From Octopus vulgaris (lineage: Eukaryota): 64,000 nt of DNA. Each line of letters starts with the position of its first letter. The first letter of the stretch is position 1. Below the pieces are notes generated by a model. It saw only the letters and a list, made by a program, of their open reading frames with translations, was not told where the DNA came from and did no database searches. Shown piece after piece: positions 25,717 through 64,000 of this stretch. The stretch spans positions 11,780,001 to 11,844,000 of the forward strand of contig OX597818.1 in assembly GCA_951406725.2 (NCBI GenBank), read 5' to 3'. The translations under genes were made by a program, and so were the position numbers.

Positions 25717-27479
25717 TTAACAGATTATGAATCATGCATCTCACAATATTCCCCGGTTATATAGCCTTTTGCAAGATAATATTTGCTTATGTCGCCGCAT
25801 CGCAATCCTTTAGAATAATGCCGACCGCCTCAGTTTCGTGATATCTGATACTATTATAGTAATGTTATCTATATATACCGATACATTTTTCCCACATTCC
25901 GGTTCGAACAGGAAGCCCTTCAAAATTTTCTGTTACTGTTGCACCAGTTTGAACATATATAAGAAATGAGAAGGGATGTCCTTGACAGACAGAATGTTTG
26001 TTTCGAAACAATCCTGATAGCTAGCTGTTTTATCTGATCACTTCGCAAACACCGCTGCACATTGAAGCAATCCAGCCTCTAAAAACGGAACCGAAACCAT
26101 TTACTTTTAGGATAACCGTAAAGCAAAACTTCCGAGTAATCACAGCCCCATCGAAAGTAGGTTTGGTAAAGACTACGACGATTCGAATGTGGCACAAATT
26201 TTGGTTAGATCTGTAGTTTTCTGATCACATTACAGATATCAGGGGTCAACTTCTTTACTTACACCTTGGCCAAAAATTTTAACTCTGCACCCTTTCACAA
26301 CAGTGCTATCACTCCCCAGTTTTCAGAACTGAGAATTCTTCCTTTCTGCGGCCAAGACGTCAGCGAACAAGTCTGGTATGTTTACGTAAAGTTCGTAAGC
26401 AGACTAGCCTAACGTGGCGATTTGCTCCTCTCAGAACCACTTAATAACAACCGTAGCTCAGCTGCTTTTATGAACTTTTGGCAGCACCTAGTGTTACGTT
26501 AAGTTATCCAGCGAGACTAAGTTCATTCATCTCCGTCCGTCGCACAACTAAAACATGCGAGCAAATTGTTGCTGAAAAGCCGCACACATTTGACTGAAAT
26601 CGAATAACATTTGCTCGTCTCAGCCAATCAATGTCTGAATTATAACTTGGTCGCTACGACACACATCTACCAGCCGCATTCATCGATGGATTTCGTTCCT
26701 TCGTCTCTAAGAATACACGCTTTTAACTCCATCAAAACAACTTTCGTGTTTCGTATTTAAAAAAGCAATTGTCATCGTCAGAACGTTGATCACGATGCCT
26801 ATTGCAAATCTCCTTTCCTAATTTACTTATTTGCTTCCTCTTTTCTATTTTTCACTCTATCGCTACGTTTCTAAATGTTAATCGTAATACTCTAATCGTC
26901 CTCTTTAGTGCATGCCACCACCGCTTTTTTGACGATCAAGCGCCTGCTCAGTTGCAACGTCACTCATTTGCTAATACTCTGGTTGGAAGCTTACGTGCCG
27001 AAATGCATTCAACTTCCAGCATTGAACCCTTGTCATGCGTCCTATCAAAATGACCCATGCAAATAAGGAAATTCGGCAGAGTAGCTGATTGAAAATATGT
27101 ACAATATTTCTATTGTAGAAACTTCTCAAACATGCTTCCAACTTGATGATAAGTACCGACTGGATTTCCAGAATGCACCAAAATGGAAATGGGCAAGCAG
27201 AATTTGGTTATCCAGATCGTATCCTTACTATTGTCATTATCATTAGTTATTATTATTGTTGTTGTTGTTGCTGCTGCTTGTGTTGTTAAAAACATTGTCC
27301 TTACCGCTGTCGTTACTATTGCTGTTATTGTTATTGTTATTCTTTCATGAAGCTAATTGTGGTATGAGATTTTTCTGCTATCTCCTCGTTGAATCTGACA
27401 GTGTGCGTTACCGCCGCCATAATTTCAAACAAGAAAATAAAAACAGGCGAAAGTATGTAAAGGTTTTCTTGAGAACGTC

Positions 27480-28700
27480 CCTCTCTTTGGTGTTAATGGG
27501 CGATGGATACACCATCTTAGATGCAGATCTGTACTGGGTGGGACTAACTGGCAGGAGAGTGGGGTGTAAAACTCACTCAAACCTGCTCAGTCGTTTCCAA
27601 CTGACTCACAGGTACCAACTGGATTTCCTGGATGCTACAAACATTATCGGGTTATCCAGATCGTATCTAGAAAGAGCATTCTGTAGACCAGAAGACAGGG
27701 ATAGCATAGGTTATACACAATTCAAAATATTCGGCTACAGAGATCATAGATTTGTGAGTTGTACGTTCGACCTAGTTAAGTTGCATAGACTGGGGCCCAG
27801 TTACTAGAAACTGGGTGCGTCTTGACATACACACCAAGTTTATAGAAACCGGATTTGTGAATTGGCGAAGAGGAAGTTGACGGGGACAGTCGTCAACAAG
27901 TAATGGTGGTTAGCCTTGTAAAAGACTATTAGAGTTAATAAGGAAATAGGGATATAAAGTTCTATAGCTGAAGAAGATTTAGTTAGTAATCTAGAAAAGG
28001 TGCTTTGGAAGGGCATCGTGACTAACGTGCTGGGGGCAAGATTGGGCCTTGGTCGATTCTTCAATGCTAAACAAGAAGATTTTATTGTCAGAGCTTGGGC
28101 ACGTGCTCTAATGCACGAGGAAGCAAAAGTTGTTCGATGGGTCGCTACTCTATTCCAGCATTTTGGAGACAGGAACAGACTTTATTGCAGACCTCAACAG
28201 CTAGGCTCTAGGATAGGGATGTGGAGCTCTGCGAAAGTCCGTTAACAACTACAGAGAGTGATGACTGGTTGCACGAGAGAATGTCGCGTCGCCTTTTGTA
28301 CATCACTAATCCACTATAGAACGCCATGGTGGAACATCTACTGACCATATTGCCCGACGGCAGACTAGGTGTCTGCTGCTCTGTCTCGGTTCACATTTGA
28401 TTTGTCAAAATAAAATGAACCTCGGAAAAATGCGTCTGGTGAAGGGGAACTGCACCTGCTCACTGTCAAGGAAAATCTGGAGATGTTGCAACCTCAGTGC
28501 ATGGCATTTCTCAGTAAGACTGGCCATCTGTTCGTCACCTCGTCCAATTGGAGATCTGAAACAAACCAGACCCCGCTGTTCCGGGTCTGATTTGGTCCAG
28601 TGATCGTCTAGCGTCCAGTGTTAGCTAGCATGGACCTACCTCTCTAAGTACTGAGCTGCAGACCCAACGTTTTCAATTTAATTTATTGCTCCTGTCATCG
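27480..28700 (-). mobile_element. Degenerate CR1/L2/Jockey-type LINE RT fragment
   Basis: YIPISLL...NSQIRF resembles the YRPISLL...QxGF motif; heavily mutated. Confidence 0.45.
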
Positions 28701-29129
28701 CCTCACATTCCCTTAGAGTGATGCTGACTCTATTATAGCAACGTCATTTGCATATCTTACACATTCTAGTTCGTGCGGGATACCCTTCAACATTTCTAGT
28801 TTCCGCAGCACTAGCGCTAGAGCCAAGTCAAGCTGGAGAGACGAGAGTGGACAATCTTGGCAAATAGAGTACATGATACGGAACGGTTCTGATTGGTGGC
28901 CATTTACTCATTAACCAGCGAACAGATGTCGCTGTACATTACAATCAGCCCTTGAAAATGGGATCGAAACTGCCGCTTAGAAGATAGTTATACTCTTGAA
29001 CCGAGCATTTAGCAGAACTATGGACCGAAAATAAACTATGTAGTCCACTTTGCTCAAGTTCTTACTCAGCAGTGCCACCACTCCTCGGCTCACGGGATTA
29101 GGAATTCTACTATTCTGTTACCAGTTGCA

Positions 29130-30200
29130 GTAGACATCTGCTAAGAGATCGCCGAACAATTCTGGAGTATCGACATAAGACTCAGAGGTAAGTCTATCCA
29201 AACCAGACGATTTGCTACTCGTGCATCCAGGCATGGCTCCTTTTATTTCAGTGACTGTTTTGGCCGTTTTGCAACACTCTAATGCCATTGCCGAATGTCG
29301 CGGCAGACAACTAAGTCCATCCTGCGATCCACCCCCACCCCCATTCAGTCGAGCAAAATGCTGTACACATCTGCCTAGAATTTGAGCAGCACACGTTCAT
29401 CGTGGTCGGGCAAAGACAAATTGTGACTTTGTAATCACGCTGAATCTTTGCTACTCAGGCTATCGAACGGGTTTTCTTAATTAGAGCACGTACCTTAGCT
29501 CTGACTGCGCAGCCTTCATATCTCCTGTTAAATATTTGGTCAAGGGCCAGTCCCACTGCTAGCATGTCGATTACGATGCCTTTCCTAAGTATCGCTTCCA
29601 GATTTCTAAACCTCTCTTTAATCTAGTTTTCTCCGTTATTACGTGCTTGCTAAACCTTATCGACTCCATTCTAAACGCTCTTTCTAGAGCCAGTTATCTT
29701 CTGTTTGTCAATGATTGCTGCCGTCGACGTCCGCTTAACTAATTCGCTTATCCGGTCCCTGTAAGTATGACGCGCAGAATGAAATCTGTTCAGGTTGACC
29801 ATACAGGCCAGAAATTATTTATCTATGTAGCCGATCACTTTAAATTGTGGACAACATATGCTATCTCCATCTAATGGATAACAGAATACCCTATCTTGAT
29901 CAGATTAACCCGATACAGTTTGCCCATGCCCGCCCCTGGCCAGGCATAGACGGCTAGTAGTCTGAAGCCATGGCCTGCGCTACAGGTCATGTCAGCATTA
30001 CCGACTTACCATTTCCGAAACAACACAACTTTTCCGCCCCATTCCTGGCAGACCTGGTAATGCGTACAACAGTTGAAAATGGACGCAAATGCTCGTGCAT
30101 CGGAAATTCTGGTCTCACTAATGGCTACATCAACATCTGGTGGTCTGAGATCGTTCATCAGGTGGCCCTGCATCCAAGGTAATCCACAGGCCACATGTGT
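29130..30200 (-). mobile_element. Degenerate LINE fragment (AP-endonuclease region)
   Basis: DVDVAISETRI resembles the DIxxxxET motif of APE domains; otherwise decayed. Confidence 0.35.
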
Positions 30201-31200
30201 TCACACTACTTATTCAGAGTTCCACCATGTCCAACAACAGAGAGAAAAGCACGAACCACTTACTGTATTTCCGTGGAAGGATAGATGTTTCCGTCCTTCC
30301 AGCTATTTATAGTGTTTCCACAACATTTCTTTACAGAGATTTTATTTATAGTCCCTGTGATGTTGCTAATGGTATTATTACTGCTGTTGTTGGTTTCTTT
30401 TAGTGATGCTGCTTTGTGGTTGTGGTGAAGGCGTCAGCAGTAGAAAGAGGAGTCTTCCTACTCTTTCCTTTTGCAGTGGGCAGGAAACTCGCAGATGGTT
30501 AGTGTTTGATCAAATCTAAGATGGCTTCTATGCCCTCTTAATCTGTGTGTATTAATAATTCCATCCCAGTGCTTAACTAATATTTCTTTCCAAGTCTCAT
30601 AAAATGTGTCTTATTTTCTACGCCATATAATAAGGCTGCCATTAGTAAAGACATTACTTCTATTGTAACCTCAGCCACCTTTATTTTTGTGACTACCCAA
30701 TTGAAATATGTTGGAATCAGTAGTAGTTCATTACCTTTTTTAGGGTTGTTGTTGAATTTTCTTTTGCCTCTTCAGTTTCAAACCTCACTTCAACTGCACC
30801 AAAACATCTTCAAGTGATGTATATTTTTATGTTCCAGATTGGTTTAAGGCACTTTTCAATTAGAGCCTATGTTATTCTCTCAAGTTACCTCGTTTTGAGT
30901 GCAGCATATTTGTATAGTATTGTTTCCCATTAGGGGATTTCTCTTGGATTTCATATAGTGCGTTCTACCATTTTTAGTATGATGAGCTTTTGCATTCTTT
31001 AGTTCTTGTTCTAATAATTAAACTGCCTTTAGTTTTCCATATGCATTCAAGGAACCTTTTCCATTTTGTTTATTGTTAAAGTAGGTTGTTGTTGCTGTTA
31101 CCCTTAATAGTAGTGGTGTGGGAATACTGTTCCTTTCACATTTTTCATTTGCATTGTCTTTGTGGTTGTCACTGCCATTGTTATTCATATATTCTCTGTT

Positions 31201-31354
31201 AGGAGTGGCTGTGTGGAAGTAGCTTGCTTACCAGCCACATGGTTCCGGGTTCAGTCCCACTGCGTGGCACCTTGGGCAAGTGTCTTCTACTATAGCTTCG
31301 GGCTGACCAAAGCCTTGTGAGTGGATTTGGTAGACGGAAATTGAAAGGTGTATG

Positions 31355-31389
<35 letters not shown>

Positions 31390-31600
31390 ATGTATGTGTG
31401 TCTGTGTTTGTCCACCCAACATCGCTTGACAACCAATGCTGGTATGTTTACGTCCCCATAACTTAGCGGTTCAACAAAAAAGACCAATAGAATAAGTACT
31501 AGACTTACAAAGAATAAGTCCTGGGGTCGATTTGCTCAACTAAAGGCAGTGCTCCAGCATGGCTACAGTCAAATGACTAAAACAAGTAAAAGAGAAAAGA
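31201..31600 (+). mobile_element. Full-length SINE family B
   Basis: tRNA-like head (gtggctgtgtgg...ggttcagtccc), central TA/TG microsatellite, tail ...aaacaagtaaaagag. Confidence 0.82.
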
Positions 31601-34128
31601 GTTGTAGCAGGTGATGGTGGGAAACAGTTTTCATAATGGCTCTTCCAAGAATCATCTCCTCTCACAATTTGAGAAACTATATTTTTTTTAAATATGTACA
31701 TTAACCTTTTAAATGTGAAAATTTGTCCTAAAAAGACAGAAATTTCACAAATTAGCCTTAGAAGATGCTAGTTAGCTTAATAACAAAATGGTCTAACAAA
31801 ACTGGTATTTGTTTTACTGAAAAGATGAAAGGTGAAGTCAACCTTGGTGGAATTTGAACTCAGAACATAAAGACAAATTAAATGTTTGCTAAGAATTTTG
31901 CCCAGCATGCGAACAATTCTGCCAGCTCACCACTTTAACAACAATAATAATAATGATGATAATCCTTTCTACTAAAGGTACAAAGCCTGAAATTTTAGGG
32001 GAGGAAGCTAGTTGATTACATCGAGACAACTAGTACTTAATTTATCAACCCTGAAGGGATGACAGGCAAAGTTGACTTTGGCAAATAATATTAATTTTTG
32101 GCTTTCTTTTTCATTTTAAAAATAGCTCATGTAAAACTTTGAAGGTAAATGTTTGGTTATATATCAATTTCATAAAGATAAATAAAAAACACAGAAGTAA
32201 TTAAAAAAGAACAAAATACAAGTGCGTTTCATTAAGAAATTATATTTTTATACACTTCATACATATATATTTCTTTTCTTTTTTTAAATAAAGAATATTT
32301 TTAATTTGATGTTCAATAATAATTACAATGTTTTCTAGCAATGGCACAAGGCCACAAATTTCAGGGTAAGAGTATATATAATTGATTATATTGAACTTCG
32401 TAGTTGACTGGTACATATTTGATTGATGCTGAAAGGATGAAATGGAAAGTCGAAACTCGGTGGGATTTCAACTTCGAATGAAAGCAATATAACTAAACAA
32501 CCACCACCATGATTTTGATAATAACAATGGTTTCTGATTTAGCACAAGGCCAACCATTAAGGGAGAGTGTTAGCTGATACACTGTTCCCAGTTTTTGGCT
32601 TGATATTTTGCTTTATTGACTTCAGGGGGAGGAAAGGCAAAGTTAACCTCAGCAGGATTTGAACTCCGGATGTAAAGAGCCAGAACAAATACAAAGTAAT
32701 GCATTTTTTTGTTTTTGATGAACTTATAATTTCATCAGCTCACTGTTATTTATGCTTTAAATTTTAGAGTCAAGTTTTGTTGGAGGAAGAAGATATAGTC
32801 AACTGCATTGACCCTGATACATTATGGATATTTATTTCATGTATCCTGGACACATTTGAGGGGGCAGAAAAGGTATAAAGAGCCATGGTGGGATTTTAGT
32901 GCATATGTGTGTTTTAAGTTTTTGTCTAAAGTTTATGCCTCATGTGTGTAAAAAGATACAGGACCTACTATGTTAAAACATTCCTCCGTGGTTTGTCATC
33001 CATGGAGCACAAAAAAATTCAATCCTACATGTGAAATACTGACTTGATTATAAGGAGGAGATGAAAGAGGAGAACTAATTTGTGAATGCTGCTCACATTC
33101 CCATGATCAGTTTGACTACTGTGTAGTGGCAAATTATATTCACTCTCCATGTTAGTCCACATAAAAGGCTTTCAAACTTCCTTTTTATTTCTTGCTATTA
33201 AATCTGTGAACTTCATTAATTGTACACAAATTTGATTATAGAACAAATACAGTCTAGCTGCAAATACTGTGAGATGTGAAGAATTCTCTATGTGCCACAC
33301 AAACACCAGAGGAAGTGAGTCTACATGCAGTTGTCTAACCTTCTAGATGTAGCAGCCAAGTTTTCTCTAAATCATACCCTATAATGTTTAAAAAAAGGAC
33401 AAAAATTTTTGTAGATCTTACATATCTAAAATAAAAATAGAAGATAAGATGGACATGTATAGAATGACTTTAAACATAGGTCTGGTTGTTGAGGGCTGAT
33501 CTGGGGCTAAAACAAGTGATATGAAAACAAATTAACCTTTTACTGGATAACATATGAACCCCGCAACTAGCAACAGATGAACCCTACAAATGGCAACAGA
33601 TAAAAGTGTCTGTTTGATGGTGCCATGAGCAAGAAGAGTTATCAAAAACGTTCGTTCCATGCATAAATGAACCAATAGATGAGGGGAGCTTCAGTAATAA
33701 AAAAAAATGAATAAATAGAGAAAATTTCTAGGCCCCACCACACTTGGAACATTAAAAAACAATGAAATGAAGAAGCCTGTTGCATTGTCACTCAAGCAAC
33801 TAAAAATAACAGCTAAATCTCCCTCAAAATCACTCACTGTGTGTAGCCCTAGATTAAATAAAGACAGCGTGGTCATGACTGGAATGGCACTTAATATTGT
33901 CAGTTTTTTTTTCTTTCATATTTTTTTTTGTGGCAAAGCATGAGGTTGCACTGATTTGGAATTTGAAATGCAGAGTCATAAAAATCACTATCCTATTTCA
34001 ACCATTACGCATTAAATTAATTTGAGGCAGTTACTTCAGAGGTGGGACCAAAATCTTCATCAACAAACTATAAACAGTATTGTTTTGATATGTCTCATAC
34101 ATATGTGTGTGTGTGTGTATATACAAAT

Positions 34129-34424
34129 AGTATTAATAAAATAGGAGATGGAATGTGTAATAGATTTTATTGGGTACAGCACCTTTTGACCATTCTGGAT
34201 CTCTTCAGGTACATCAATAAAAAGTCTCACTAGAGATTTCTTGAGTTGGCTTAATTCTTGAGCCCGCTATAAGTCCATCAAATTAAAGAATTTGATGGAC
34301 ATATAGCAGTACGTAAGCCGACTCAAGAAATCTCTAGTGAGACTTGAAGAGATCCAGAACAGGTCAAAAGGTGCTGTACCCAATAAAATCTATTACACAT
34401 TCCATCTCCTATTCAATTAATACT
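34129..34424. repeat. About 300-nt rod-like inverted repeat
   Basis: The left half is the reverse complement of the right half, with two bulges and apex aatt-aaag-aatt. Confidence 0.92.
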
Positions 34425-34564
34425 GTTACCCCAACCATCACTATGAAGCTATGAAGTCCCTGCAGTAAATCTATGGATAACAACAGATAATCGAAACTGT
34501 GACAGTGCTTTACTCATCATCCATTTATACATTTTGTACAATTTCTCCATTATATATATACATA

Positions 34565-34598
<34 letters not shown>

Positions 34599-34946
34599 CA
34601 AGCAAGTATCTGCATGCAAACAAACATAGTGTGTGTGCATGTGTGTGTGTGTGTGTGTGTAAGTGCACGTGTCTCATGCATATGTGAATTCTTCTCAACT
34701 ATTAGAGGATCAGTTCACAAAAACTCCTGCCAATTCCCAGTATATTGTTGTTAACTAACTTATTTTGTTGACAGAAAGTGAGAGCAGATAAGAAGATGGG
34801 AATATATATATAAAAAAAAATCAAAAGGAAACACCAAGGATTTGAATTCAGAAAATGTGAAATATTACTGCCAAACTAAATGCCATAAAAAAATAAAACT
34901 AACCAAGTTCTTTACTAACAGAGCTAACTCCACTGCTCATACACAG

Positions 34947-34985
<39 letters not shown>

Positions 34986-34986
34986 G

Positions 34987-35034
<48 letters not shown>

Positions 35035-35530
35035 TGTGTGTGTGTGTGTGTTACTGATATTGATGATTATGATAATGATGAAGTTAATAAAGATGATATT
35101 GACAAAGGAAACAGCACAACATGGCCCTTGAATGGAGAGGATGGAAAGAAATAAGATGAGATAAGTGTGCTCCAATAGATGTGCATGAACAATAAACAAC
35201 AGCAGAGATGAACTGAGGGAAAAGCTGGGTATAAGAAGAATCCGATATAATGTACAAGAGAGAAGACTGCACTGGTAGAAGTGTGTAATGTGCAGAGGAA
35301 AAGGAGAACTGAGTAAACTATTGCCAAGCAATGCAAGTAGAGGGAACAGGTGGTAGAAAAAGAGTGAGGAAAATAGGGGAAGGAGTGGTGAATGTTGATG
35401 TCAAGAGGCTGAACTTCACATAGGAAATGACAAAGAACCATAACATGACAAACTGTGGTGGGGAACACCCATCCATCCCATACAGCATGGAAAAGGAGAC
35501 ATAAAAGTGATAATGATGATGATGATGGAA

Positions 35531-64000
<28,470 letters not shown>

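Noticed and set aside
25720-27060. Non-repetitive-looking segment that might be a decayed DNA transposase or a gene
   Set aside because: No recognisable motif or consistent reading frame by eye; needs BLASTx or Dfam.

Overview
Eukaryotic, AT-rich, microsatellite- and transposon-dense DNA. The SINE, R4/Dong and Penelope landscape suggests a coleoid cephalopod such as Octopus (inference). There are no prokaryotic features and no CRISPR array. The right 28 kb holds the 3' part of a minus-strand ATP7A/B-like Cu(I)-transporting P1B-1 ATPase. I could splice 14 exons into one uninterrupted frame (TGE, CPC, DKTGT, SEHP, TGDN, GDGVND, YN and MALSS motifs; stop at 35531-35533). The best finding is a 15th exon: a second, diverged copy of the exon encoding the CPC copper-binding helix (57069-57260 vs 56013-56204). 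Both copies are 192 nt, phase 0-0, with intact splice sites, and share 34/64 aa, so they look like a mutually exclusive exon pair that swaps the copper gate of the pump. The second theme is a set of short elements in (TA)n arrays carrying minimal type-I hammerhead ribozyme motifs, often within long fold-back hairpins, next to a Penelope-like RT remnant. The rest is (TAA)n-targeted R4/Dong LINEs, Tc1/mariner and pogo relics, Helitrons, MITEs and tRNA-derived SINEs. Exon coordinates were read base by base; repeat boundaries are approximate.
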